A stretch of 64,000 bases of DNA, taken from assembly GCA_043756865.1 (NCBI GenBank), contig JAYUQG010000019.1, positions 33,772 through 97,771 on the forward strand, read 5' to 3'. Below, one piece after another: positions 6,961 to 16,561 of the stretch (positions are counted from its first letter, which is position 1; each line of letters begins with the position of its first letter). The stretch is from a bacterium. GTDB taxonomy: Bacteria; Patescibacteriota; Minisyncoccia; Phycocordibacterales; UBA6899. The translations under genes and the position numbers were made by a program. Under the pieces are notes generated by a model. The model did no database searches and was not told the DNA's origin. It was given only the letters and a program-made list of their open reading frames with translations.

Positions 6961-9606
6961 ATGATTATCAAGGGCATATGTCACAGGTGTCATAATTATG
7001 GGGATATCCAGCCGAACGGATATACCATGGAGGGTATTTGTGAAAATTGTATCAAGGGCGCCCAGCGCGAAAAAATACAAGAGCAGGAAAGGGTAGATAA
7101 AGAGCGACAAGAAAGAATTATCGCCGCTCTTGCACCAGCACAAGCTCTCCTGTCAGGTGGGAATATCATCGGCGCAGACCAGGTTGCTCTTGAGCAAGGA
7201 TCGGACGAATTGCTTGATGAATACGAAAAAATTAAGTCTAAGTATATACAAAAGGATTTACGAAACTTGGAGAAAGAACTCGAGGTGGGTGAAGGATATT
7301 TTGACGATGAAAAGGCCGTTGCTCTTTCTAAAACAGGAAAAAATATCCTTGTTCAAGCGCGAGCTGGTTCGGGGAAGACGACTGCAATAGCGTTGCGAGT
7401 GCGCCACCTAATTAAATTTTACGGTGCGAAGCCCGAAGAAATACTCATTCTTGCATTTAACAGGAAGGCAGCAGAAGAGTTTCGACTACGAATCAATAGC
7501 TACTTCAAAGGATCAAATCAAATTGCTACGGAATCTAACACACTAACATTCCATGCTCTCGCGCGTAGAATAGCAAATACTACAAAGAACATATTGCAGG
7601 ATGAGAGCAGGGATGGGAGCGAGGAGGGACGACATGGTGAAGACAAGAAGTTACAGATTGATTTTGTGCGAGAATGTTTTAATAAGGTAGAAAAAGAAGG
7701 ACATGGTCTTATCGAAAAACTTTTCTATCTATTTTTAAAATCGGCGTCTGAAAAAATTGGTGGCTTATTTAGAAACAGCGAGGACTACTATCTATATTTA
7801 CGAAACCTACAACACGTAACGATAGCTGGAGAGATTGTTAAGTCAAGAGGGGAGAAGTATATTGCCGATTTTCTATTCGAGCATCGAGTTACAAAAAATG
7901 GAAGGGAAATTGAATATGCATATGAGCGCAACATTAAAAAGAATATTAATGCAACTCGTCCATATAGCCCCGACTTCTCACTATTTTTTGTTGAAGATGA
8001 GGAGAAATTAGACCTTCAGGCCGTTGTCGAATTCTTTGGTTTTACCGAAAGTTATCCTGGGTACCCCGGGTTTTTTGAATCGCGGGCTGCGTCCAGGTCA
8101 TATCTAAACGAAGCAGAGCAAAAAAGAATATTATTTCGAGATAAGGACATGAAGCTGGTTGAAATGAACGCCAATGACCTGACATCTTCTGCAGATGTTA
8201 AATTAGAAAATAAGGAAGACGCAAACCGGCAGTGGTTTGAGGAAATCCTTCGACAGCGACTTACGCGGTCTGGTTTCGATATTTCTAAAGAGTGCCTAAG
8301 TATTAAGGAAATACTTGCAAAAATTCCCAAGGTGGAAAGAAGAAAAAAAGCATTGGTAAAACAAATAACGCAATTCATTAACAAGGCTCAAAAAATATCT
8401 TACGATCCGGATACGATCAGAACAATTGCGGGAAAAGAGAAGGAAAACGGAAGATTGAGTAAGCGCACAGAGTATTTTATTAAAATGGCATGTCGAGTAT
8501 ATGAGGAATATCATTCCAGACTGGAGAAGGAGCCGTTCACTGACTTCGACGGACTTCTTGTTGATGCAATAAAGAGAATTAAAAATGAAGGTAGCGTCTG
8601 CAAGATATTGCCCAAGGGAGGAAAGGGAGAGTCCCAAGATATAGGAAACATAAAATACATACTTATTGACGAGTACCAGGACTTTTCGAAATTATTTTGC
8701 GAGCTTATTGATGCAATCAGAACAAATAATCCACAAGTTTCATTTTTTTGTGTCGGAGATGATTGGCAGGCTATCAATGCATTTGCGGGCTCAGATTTAG
8801 AATATTTTGATAACTTTGAAAAATATTTTGTTGGCGGCCGTCGAACAAAGTTGCTGACGAACTATCGTAGTTGTGCACACATAATCGAGCATGCTAATTG
8901 TCTAATGAGGGGCAGGGGTGATGATGGAAAACCACAAGCACAAAAAGCTTTCGGTAGAGTGTATCTCATGTCGTTGCTTTGGGTTGAGAACAGACGGGAT
9001 CAAGAATATGAAGCAGAGTTTTTAGAAGATGAAAAATATAGGTCGGCTGCAAAGTTGCTTCTGGGACTTGAGGATGCTGATAAAGCAGCCCCATTTGAAC
9101 TTGTCTCTTACTTAAAAACCGTCGAGAAGGTTGTAAATGATTTGCCGTCGGATAAAAACATCTGCCTACTATTTCGTGGCAACCACATTCGTGGGTCCGA
9201 AATAACCAAATTCACAGAACAAATCCGTGCATGGACATCAGGTAATAAAAATAGAGTCATATGTTCGACGGCCCATGGATTTAAGGGAAAGGAATGCGAC
9301 GCAATCGTTGTGGTTGATGCAAACCATAGAAGTTATCCAAAGTTTCATCCCGACAATGAGCTAATGGAAATACTCGGCGTAACGTTGTCGAAGGTGATAG
9401 ACGAGGAGCGTCGCCTATTCTATGTGGCAATTACGAGAGCAAAGGAAAGTTTATATTTGCTATATGACAACGGTGCGACGGTTGGTATATCGGATTTTAT
9501 TGGAGAAATTGAAAAAGGTGGCTGGAATTATGAGTTAATGTCATCACGTGGCTCAAGTAAGAAGCTAGACGAGGAGCTAGATATGGGTGATGAAATTGCC
9601 TTTTAA
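6961..9606 (+). CDS. SF1 UvrD/PcrA-like DNA helicase with N-terminal zinc ribbon and large 1B-region insertion
   Basis: N-terminal CHRCHNYG..CENC. Walker A AGSGKTT. Motif II YILIDEYQDF, motif III VGDDWQAINAFAGS, motif IV NYRS, motif V TAHGFKGKECD, motif VI FYVAITRAKESLYL. About 400 aa inserted between motifs Ia and II. Confidence 0.8.
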   Translation: MIIKGICHRCHNYGDIQPNGYTMEGICENCIKGAQREKIQEQERVDKERQERIIAALAPAQALLSGGNIIGADQVALEQGSDELLDEYEKIKSKYIQKDLRNLEKELEVGEGYFDDEKAVALSKTGKNILVQARAGSGKTTAIALRVRHLIKFYGAKPEEILILAFNRKAAEEFRLRINSYFKGSNQIATESNTLTFHALARRIANTTKNILQDESRDGSEEGRHGEDKKLQIDFVRECFNKVEKEGHGLIEKLFYLFLKSASEKIGGLFRNSEDYYLYLRNLQHVTIAGEIVKSRGEKYIADFLFEHRVTKNGREIEYAYERNIKKNINATRPYSPDFSLFFVEDEEKLDLQAVVEFFGFTESYPGYPGFFESRAASRSYLNEAEQKRILFRDKDMKLVEMNANDLTSSADVKLENKEDANRQWFEEILRQRLTRSGFDISKECLSIKEILAKIPKVERRKKALVKQITQFINKAQKISYDPDTIRTIAGKEKENGRLSKRTEYFIKMACRVYEEYHSRLEKEPFTDFDGLLVDAIKRIKNEGSVCKILPKGGKGESQDIGNIKYILIDEYQDFSKLFCELIDAIRTNNPQVSFFCVGDDWQAINAFAGSDLEYFDNFEKYFVGGRRTKLLTNYRSCAHIIEHANCLMRGRGDDGKPQAQKAFGRVYLMSLLWVENRRDQEYEAEFLEDEKYRSAAKLLLGLEDADKAAPFELVSYLKTVEKVVNDLPSDKNICLLFRGNHIRGSEITKFTEQIRAWTSGNKNRVICSTAHGFKGKECDAIVVVDANHRSYPKFHPDNELMEILGVTLSKVIDEERRLFYVAITRAKESLYLLYDNGATVGISDFIGEIEKGGWNYELMSSRGSSKKLDEELDMGDEIAF

Positions 9607-9809
9607 GTGACACTCGCCGATCTCATTCCTGTGTCACTTTTGTCACTTTTTCAACGTGCCCGAGACCCTTCGTTGTGATAATCTGAAACTAGGCGATTCG
9701 GCCAAGGTGGGCTTGGCCGACCACGGTTCTAGCTCGAGACGGCCAGCCAAGTTATAGTGAAATGAGGTAACCTCTTGAATTGTTAGCTGGAGGCAGATAA
9801 TATACTGAT

Positions 9810-10904
9810 ATGAATTATACTCGTATTGCTTTTGCTGCATTGTTCATATTTATTATTCTCGTTGTATTTTTTTATTCTAATTATGAATCAAAAGCACCTT
9901 ATGTTGTCCACTCCGGCGACGGCATGGCAGAGCTCCGCATCCCACATGACGCGGTGCTCACGGGTGGAACACTTGCGGACATAAAGATGAGCGCCATTTC
10001 ACCTGCAGAGTTCTTCGCAGAGAGTAATCAACCCACCAACAGCGCAAAGGTGTACAAGCTTGAGCCAAATGGTCTCTCGTTCTCTAAGCCCGCGACAATC
10101 GTGGTGACTTATCCATATGATGCAAAGAAATCATATGCCCCAGTATTTCTCACACATGCAGATAATGGGAGTAGTGTAACTAGCCTCGATATCACCGACG
10201 CACAAGTCGATGAAGCAGGAAAGACAATGACTATTTCGGGCGAACTGAGCCACTTCACTATATTTGTTTCAAACCCCGAACCGCACATATTTGTCGCCAC
10301 CACTCTGCCTGAAGGCAAACTGACAAAATCGATAGGTGAGTCGTTCATACACACACTGCTCGTCACTCCCGGAAAGTGGGAATACACGAATCATCCAAGC
10401 CGGCTCGACCCGAACTATACCGTACGTGTCACCCTAGAAATTGGAAATGGTACGAGATGGAATATGAACAATGATTATCGCAGTCCACACATAATTCGCA
10501 CATCAGGAAGGATGGTGCCAGCGGAAGTGGTGCGCGAGCCAGCTAACCTTGCGGCAGTTGAGGCGTATCGTTTGTCGACCACATTTACATGTCAGACGGA
10601 GGGAGAAGACGCCGCATTTGTAATGGGAGGTGCATGGTTCACGTATACGCTCCAGCTTACTGCGGTTGATTCGGTAAGCAATAGGCCACGTGTTGAACGT
10701 GACAAACGGCTTGGATGGGTTTTACCTCCCACTAACCCGCAAGTGACGTGTATTGCAGGTGCATCGGAGGTTGCCACTACTACGGTCGGGGTCACGGGCG
10801 CAAACGTCAACACGAACGCTACCACCCCCGTTACTCCAAAAAAACCTACGGGAGTAATCACTGTATGTGGACTGCCGGGTGGGCCTGCATGCCCCAAGCG
10901 CTAA
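9810..10904 (+). CDS. membrane-anchored/secreted hypothetical protein
   Basis: N-terminal hydrophobic segment IAFAALFIFIILVVFFY. GGAGG sits 18 nt upstream. Cys-containing C-terminus. Confidence 0.5.
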   Translation: MNYTRIAFAALFIFIILVVFFYSNYESKAPYVVHSGDGMAELRIPHDAVLTGGTLADIKMSAISPAEFFAESNQPTNSAKVYKLEPNGLSFSKPATIVVTYPYDAKKSYAPVFLTHADNGSSVTSLDITDAQVDEAGKTMTISGELSHFTIFVSNPEPHIFVATTLPEGKLTKSIGESFIHTLLVTPGKWEYTNHPSRLDPNYTVRVTLEIGNGTRWNMNNDYRSPHIIRTSGRMVPAEVVREPANLAAVEAYRLSTTFTCQTEGEDAAFVMGGAWFTYTLQLTAVDSVSNRPRVERDKRLGWVLPPTNPQVTCIAGASEVATTTVGVTGANVNTNATTPVTPKKPTGVITVCGLPGGPACPKR

Positions 10905-10994
10905 AAACAATCACTGCAGGAAACAGAAATTACTAAATACATACAGTGCGTCTAAAAAGTACACAAACAAACTAGTACGTGTAAGAATACTAAA

Positions 10995-12260
10995 ATGATG
11001 AAATATATAATTATTGCTCTTGGTGCCGGGATGCTCGGCTACGCACAAGTGAGTATTGCGACAACTGCGGGCTCTGAGATAAAAATCGCTGCTCCTGCGA
11101 GTATCGCAATAATGATGCCACCGGAGATTAGTCTGGCAATCAATGGGGTGGCAGGAAAACCTTTTATTCTTGATGGCACAAAAAGTCAGGATGATGGAGG
11201 TGTGCGTAAATTTCTTTGGGTACAAACCGAAGGTCCTATAGTTCTACTCCCTGACGCAACAGCAGTGAAACTGTTCGTCACTCCGCCACGAGGAGGTACG
11301 TACGTGTTCGATCTTCAGGCGACAGACGCAATTGGCCTCATGACCACAGTACAGCGAGTAAAAGTTGTCGTTGGTGACCCCGATTTCGACCTCATTAAGG
11401 CAAGCCCTCCGCCACCCCCTACACCCACGACTAGTGTTGTGGCAAATCCGCTCTATGAAGACAAAAGTCAGAGTGGGGTAAATCCTGTGTATCAGTCTAG
11501 AGAAATGACAGTCGCACCCACACCTTCTGTTGTAAAACCAAGACCAATGGGTGACTCCGATTCTGATCTTTTAAACAAGATAACCCCGCCACCCTCGCGT
11601 CCCATTAATGACCCCGACCGCGATGGGTATCCAGATGTCATGACCGGCAAAGCGCCCGTGACCCCTCCCATATCCGGTGACCCTGATTTTGACCAGCTCA
11701 ACATTCAGTTCGATGAAGATGCCGACAATGACGGCATACCTTCAATGGACGAAGATATTTTAGAAAACGCAAAGGTGACAGTGCGTGGGTGGGACTTCGA
11801 GAAAAAGGAAGTTATTGCGGCACATCCTGAGCTCGTGAGAAGCTCGGGGGATTTACGAGTATATGCAGAAGCAGTGACTATCGACAACCTGCAAATTACG
11901 AAAGTAAAGATCGACAAGTCCACAATTAAGGTTGACGCAATTGAAAAAGGGAAATTGTTTTGGTTTATACCCGTAGACATGAATTCACAAATCGTCATAA
12001 AGCACGATGATACGTCACCCTCGGAAGACACCGTCACCGTGGATTTGCCATGGTGGAGCATTTTCGTCGACGACGATGTTGATACCGCAGCAATCGAGAG
12101 TGCGGTCACACTTGAACTCGCGGCAACACCGCAGATTGGAGTAGCCACTGGAGAAATAGGGGTTACGCTCACTCGTGTTTCCCGAGTACTCAACAGTCTT
12201 TCGAACGTGCTCAAAACTAAACACGATACAGTCAAGAATTCAATCAACAACGTACGCTAA
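10995..12260 (+). CDS. secreted protein with Ig/PKD-like N-domain and Pro-rich GDPDFD-repeat linker
   Basis: Signal-like MMKYIIIALGAGMLGYA. Repeated VGDPDFDLI / SGDPDFDQL motifs. PPPPPTPTT linker. Confidence 0.5.
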   Translation: MMKYIIIALGAGMLGYAQVSIATTAGSEIKIAAPASIAIMMPPEISLAINGVAGKPFILDGTKSQDDGGVRKFLWVQTEGPIVLLPDATAVKLFVTPPRGGTYVFDLQATDAIGLMTTVQRVKVVVGDPDFDLIKASPPPPPTPTTSVVANPLYEDKSQSGVNPVYQSREMTVAPTPSVVKPRPMGDSDSDLLNKITPPPSRPINDPDRDGYPDVMTGKAPVTPPISGDPDFDQLNIQFDEDADNDGIPSMDEDILENAKVTVRGWDFEKKEVIAAHPELVRSSGDLRVYAEAVTIDNLQITKVKIDKSTIKVDAIEKGKLFWFIPVDMNSQIVIKHDDTSPSEDTVTVDLPWWSIFVDDDVDTAAIESAVTLELAATPQIGVATGEIGVTLTRVSRVLNSLSNVLKTKHDTVKNSINNVR

Positions 12261-12290
12261 TGGCTAGTTGAGTATTAGCCATGCTGCGTT

Positions 12291-12319
12291 TTGTGAGCAT
12301 GAGATAGGCAGTGTATAAT
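12291..12319 (+). promoter_or_regulatory. sigma70-like promoter (TTGTGA-17-TATAAT, TG-extended) for cupin gene
   Basis: TTGTGA at 12291-12296. TATAAT at 12314-12319, preceded by TG. Confidence 0.4.
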
Positions 12320-12326
12320 AGGCGTC

Positions 12327-12722
12327 ATGAAGGGATTTCACACAAACATTGAGACGGAAACGCTGGAGAATTTACACTTTCGCAAAGTGCTTTACACTGG
12401 TACACACATGCAACTCGTGCTTATGACACTCAAGAAAGGTGAGGAGATAGGTTTCGAGGTGCACGCTGATAATGACCAGTTTTTTCGCTTTGAATCTGGC
12501 AGCGGTAAGGTAATTATCGACGACACTGAGTATTCTGTGAGTGATGGTGCGGCGGTTATTATCCCTGCAGGGGCGAAGCATAATGTGGTAAATACGGGAA
12601 CTGATGAGTTGCGGATGTATACGTTATACGCACCTCCGCATCACAAGGACGGGATAGTGCGAATCACAAAAGAAGAAGCTGAAGCGCACGAGGAGGATTT
12701 TGATGGCAGGGCGACTGAGTAG
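12327..12722 (+). CDS. cupin domain protein
   Basis: G(x)5HxH-like core: ..GFEVHADNDQFFRFESGSGKV..IIPAGAKHNVVNTG. 131 aa. Confidence 0.65.
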   Translation: MKGFHTNIETETLENLHFRKVLYTGTHMQLVLMTLKKGEEIGFEVHADNDQFFRFESGSGKVIIDDTEYSVSDGAAVIIPAGAKHNVVNTGTDELRMYTLYAPPHHKDGIVRITKEEAEAHEEDFDGRATE

Positions 12723-12773
12723 GGGGCACAGCACTTCTTGAATCCTGCAGATAGTTTGAGCTATACTAAACGC

Positions 12774-13343
12774 ATGAAACACATACGCCGCATTCATTTG
12801 TCTCTATTATCAGCATTTCGCGCATGGATTCCTCTTGCTGTTGCTATTACGGGAATATTTATCGCCCTCTATTGCACGGGGCAATTTATACTCCGCTCTC
12901 TCGCAAACGAAGAACAGGTGCGTATTAGCGCTGACGTGGTGCGTTACCTCGAAGGAGGAGGAGATCCAATGGCGCTAAACAGCCCCATGCCCACCGATAT
13001 CGGAACAGGTCTTGCACCATATATCATTTTTTACTCACTTGATCTAAGGGCGATGGCAGGCTCTGGTCTTCTAGACAACGAAAGCCCCGTACTGCCACGT
13101 GGAGTGTATGAGTTCACAAAAAAATGGGGTGAGCACCGCCTCACATGGCAGCCAAAACCCGATGTGCGTCACGCTGTGCTTATGCGCCATCTTGATACAC
13201 CCACCGCTGGATATTTATTGGTAGGTAAATCGCTAAAAGAAACTGAGCGTACAATTTGTGTACTCTGGAGCATCCTGAGCGCCTTGTGGGCACTGACAAT
13301 GCTCTTGTCTTTGTTGGCAACGGCAATTATCAAAAAGCCGTAA
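12774..13343 (+). CDS. hypothetical membrane protein
   Basis: ORF-track start 12738 is TTG; first ATG at 12774 (MKHIRR). Two predicted TM segments. Confidence 0.4.
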   Translation: MKHIRRIHLSLLSAFRAWIPLAVAITGIFIALYCTGQFILRSLANEEQVRISADVVRYLEGGGDPMALNSPMPTDIGTGLAPYIIFYSLDLRAMAGSGLLDNESPVLPRGVYEFTKKWGEHRLTWQPKPDVRHAVLMRHLDTPTAGYLLVGKSLKETERTICVLWSILSALWALTMLLSLLATAIIKKP

Positions 13344-13389
13344 GTAATAAACGAAGGATAGCAAAACGGCCACACCTGTGGCCGTTTTG

Positions 13390-14082
13390 CTATTTTGGTG
13401 TTGTAGTCGCCTTCGTGCTTGTCGCTCTGAGTGCGGTCAACTCGGGGATAAGTTGCTCGATTTCCTCCCGAGACTTGAAGCCGTAATAGGGTTTTCTGTT
13501 CACAATAAGTACGGGGAACCGGTCCTCAAGTTTATAGATGGATTTGAGTGTCTCAATAACGGATAGTCCGAGATTGTAGTCGAACGCATACACATGAAGG
13601 GTCTCATAATCCTCGCGCATTGAGGTAAGTACGTAACCCATTTTTGTACAATCATCACAGTCGCCCTCATTGGAGTAGAAATAGATAATGCTTAGCGGAT
13701 TAGCATTACACTGCTTCGTCCGTTCGCGTAACAGCAGATAGTCTTTGATTTGCAGTAGTGAGTAATACTTTTTTAGACTGATAACCTCAGGATCGTCCGC
13801 ACCACGCTGGTCCTCCATATACGCAAGCCGTTTCGCGAGCATGTTTATCTCATTAATGAGAATGGGGTTGCCGCTTTCATCCATCTCGCAAGATACATCG
13901 GCAAGAAGTGCGTACTGAATTTCTGACTCTAATATATTGAGATTGATGTTGTCCTCGATGTTTTTTACCTGTGAAAGGCGTTGCTGATACAGGTAATCCG
14001 AAAAAAGAAAAATAATAGCAAAAATGCCCAGTGTTATAAAAAAAACGAGAATGTATTTTTTTGTATTCAAATCTTGTTGCAT
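13390..14082 (-). CDS. membrane-anchored hypothetical protein with CxxC (CDDC) motif, possibly thioredoxin-like
   Basis: ATG at 14082 (rc). N-terminal TM KKYILVFFITLGIFAIIFLF. GDCDDC motif. Confidence 0.45.
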   Translation of the reverse strand: MQQDLNTKKYILVFFITLGIFAIIFLFSDYLYQQRLSQVKNIEDNINLNILESEIQYALLADVSCEMDESGNPILINEINMLAKRLAYMEDQRGADDPEVISLKKYYSLLQIKDYLLLRERTKQCNANPLSIIYFYSNEGDCDDCTKMGYVLTSMREDYETLHVYAFDYNLGLSVIETLKSIYKLEDRFPVLIVNRKPYYGFKSREEIEQLIPELTALRATSTKATTTPK

Positions 14083-14105
14083 GTTGGATGAATATGGAAT
14101 GAAGA

Positions 14106-15356
14106 TTATCTCCAGCCCGCTTCTTTGGCGGTTATGAGGTTATAAAGTGAGCGCGCAAGCCAGAACGGTGCGATAAGGCCATAAAGTAACACAAAATAGA
14201 GCATATCACGAGAAAACGTAAGTCTCTTTACCGCCATGCGTGTGCCCATTACCATAAAGAAAATAGTAGCAAAAAACAAGCTATAGACGATTAACCTTTT
14301 GAATTCAAGGTTAAGCGCAAACCAGTCGAAGTTCGGCAGGCCAAAATTGAAATGAAATCCTATAGCACTGTATTGTAAGTACTTTTCGTAAAAAAGAATA
14401 AATAGATTCTTAATATATAGTGCACAGAAAAAGAGAGCGATAAATATCGAGAAAAATGCAAAGGGGAGCGTAAGCAGACCCAGATTACCGTACTTGCGGT
14501 TAAAGAACATGAAACGATACTGGAAAAGTGCATTTTTTAGGAAGCCCGTTACCCAACGTACACGTTGTGTGTAAAGCGCGCGCGGCGTGGGGGGGGAGAC
14601 CGTATACACGAGCGCAGTGTGCGAATTCTCAATCTTCATACGATGAGACTGCATGCGCAGTGCCATTTCCATGTCCTCGGTGCTGTATCCATGCACAAAA
14701 CCTCCAATTTTCTCAAAAACGGACCGGCGGTAGATAGAAAAGGGGCCAGGTGTAACATAGAGCCCATTAATCCTGCTAAACACCTTGCGTGTAAACTCTC
14801 CTATCATGTACTCAGTAGACTGAATCCTGCGAAGAACGTTGTCGGGATTATGAATTTGCACAGATGGGGTTACTGCCATAACCTCTGCGTCGTCAAAGTA
14901 TGGGATAATTTCGATTAGGGCCTGATTATCCACGTACGAATCAGCATCAAGACACCCGACGAGGTCACTTGTGGTGTGCGTCAGACCCAGATTCATGGCC
15001 GTATATTTACCTCCATTCTCTTTTGTAAAGACTCGAATTTGGGGGTGTCCATCAAATCGCCTTGCTACCTGCAGAGTGTTGTCTGTAGAGCCATCGTCTA
15101 TGATGTAGATGAAAAGACGGTCTTTGGGGTACTCAAGTGCCAGCAGTGAGTCAACAGTACCAAGTATGGTTTCTCCCTCATTCCAAGCGGGAACCATAAT
15201 GGTGACACTGGGGTATTTTCCGGGCATGCGTTGCTTTCTGGTTGCCGAATGTTCAAATCTTTCCTTGTCTTCAAAATACGTGACAAGCAGAAAAACCTCA
15301 AAATACATGATAAGGAAGAGTAATCCATAGACAGGTAGGGAAAAAAGTTGCTCCAT
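14106..15356 (-). CDS. processive family-2 glycosyltransferase (cellulose/chitin/hyaluronan-synthase-like, membrane integrated)
   Basis: VTIMVPAWNEGE, IIDDGSTDNT, CLDADSYVDN (DxD), QRVRWVTG (QxxRW). Multiple TM helices at both ends. ORF-track start 15458 is TTG; ATG for MEQLF at 15356. Confidence 0.8.
   Translation of the reverse strand: MEQLFSLPVYGLLFLIMYFEVFLLVTYFEDKERFEHSATRKQRMPGKYPSVTIMVPAWNEGETILGTVDSLLALEYPKDRLFIYIIDDGSTDNTLQVARRFDGHPQIRVFTKENGGKYTAMNLGLTHTTSDLVGCLDADSYVDNQALIEIIPYFDDAEVMAVTPSVQIHNPDNVLRRIQSTEYMIGEFTRKVFSRINGLYVTPGPFSIYRRSVFEKIGGFVHGYSTEDMEMALRMQSHRMKIENSHTALVYTVSPPTPRALYTQRVRWVTGFLKNALFQYRFMFFNRKYGNLGLLTLPFAFFSIFIALFFCALYIKNLFILFYEKYLQYSAIGFHFNFGLPNFDWFALNLEFKRLIVYSLFFATIFFMVMGTRMAVKRLTFSRDMLYFVLLYGLIAPFWLARSLYNLITAKEAGWR
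14589..14596. repeat. G8/C8 homopolymer inside the GT2 synthase gene
   Basis: gtGGGGGGGGag read directly; encodes SPPTP on the minus strand. Confidence 0.9.
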
Positions 15357-15715
15357 ATTCTTACAAAAATACCCCGATTTTTCAGGGCTTATGGCAATCC
15401 TAATCCCAAAAGAGCTATAAGTAAAGGCATTTATTGGCAAATACAACCCCATCTTCAATCAGTGCATTTTGGTGAAAATAGACTGAAATCCATTTTGAGC
15501 CTTATTTACCAACAGAAAACGTCAAATTAGATATATTCGATGGGAAATGTCAAATTAAGTTTTAGCAAAAAAAAATCTCTTAAAAAAAATGACCAGATTT
15601 TTAATTGCAATAATACGTTGTATAATATAGCTATTTTCGAGTGTGGAGAATTAGAGTTGCCCCAAAAAGACATGTGGGTACAATGGCTTGGTATTCAAAA
15701 CTGTGCCCAAAGTGA

Positions 15716-15744
15716 TTGACTATATCGGTTAATCATGATATAAT
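15716..15744 (+). promoter_or_regulatory. consensus sigma70 promoter (TTGACT-17-TATAAT) for lytic transglycosylase gene
   Basis: TTGACT at 15716-15721, 17-nt spacer, TATAAT at 15739-15744. 40 nt upstream of ATG 15785. Confidence 0.55.
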
Positions 15745-15784
15745 AAATTTTACGCAGAACTTCAGCTAATACCATCTCCCAAAC

Positions 15785-16513
15785 ATGCAAACCTACAATA
15801 ACCAAGGTGAATCCATCGGTGAACCGACGGGGTCAAAGCGACCCCTTGCCATCAGCATGGGACTATTGGTGCTTCTTGCCACGATTGTCCCACAATCAGC
15901 TCTCGCAGCCACCACATATCTCAGAAACAACGCTGAGCAGTTTGTCGATAGGACAGAGGAGAGATACGGGGAAATGATTGATGTAGCGGGATTGCTGCAT
16001 GATTATGACACAAAGATGATTATTGCGGTCATTATTGTAGAATCTGAGGGAAAGGAGAAGGCCGTATCCCACAAAGGTGCGCAAGGGCTTATGCAGCTTA
16101 TGCCCGGGACGGCTAAGGCCATGGGGGCAAAAGATCCCAAAGAACCCTTTCAAAATATCCTTGCGGGGACAAAGTACCTCAAAGAACTTGAGCGTATTTA
16201 CGGCTTTGATTCCAAGCAAGAGGCGCTTGTGGCATACAACATGGGTCCAACGCGGGCAAAGCGCTGGTTATCTGAATACGATGCAAAAGACTACGGTTAT
16301 GTAAAAAAAGTTATGTACGTGCATGGCTTACTCGAGGCACGAGAACTTGAGGATAAACGCGTGGCGGAAGTAACCGCACAAAAGATGGCAATAGCTGAGC
16401 TGTATGCAATTGGCACGAAGCCCATGATGACCAAGCCAAGAAGTCTTTCACTCACAGAGTTGAACGCCACACTTTCCCGAAAAGAGATACTGCAGAGCGA
16501 AGCGGCGAAATAA
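15785..16513 (+). CDS. lytic transglycosylase (SLT domain), secreted
   Basis: IVESEGKEKAVSHKGAQGLMQLMPGTA ... AYNMG (E-S / GLMQ / AYN SLT motifs). N-terminal signal. Confidence 0.8.
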   Translation: MQTYNNQGESIGEPTGSKRPLAISMGLLVLLATIVPQSALAATTYLRNNAEQFVDRTEERYGEMIDVAGLLHDYDTKMIIAVIIVESEGKEKAVSHKGAQGLMQLMPGTAKAMGAKDPKEPFQNILAGTKYLKELERIYGFDSKQEALVAYNMGPTRAKRWLSEYDAKDYGYVKKVMYVHGLLEARELEDKRVAEVTAQKMAIAELYAIGTKPMMTKPRSLSLTELNATLSRKEILQSEAAK

Positions 16514-16561
16514 TAAACACAAAAAGCACCCTATAGTGGTGTTTTTTGGTATAGTGAAATT

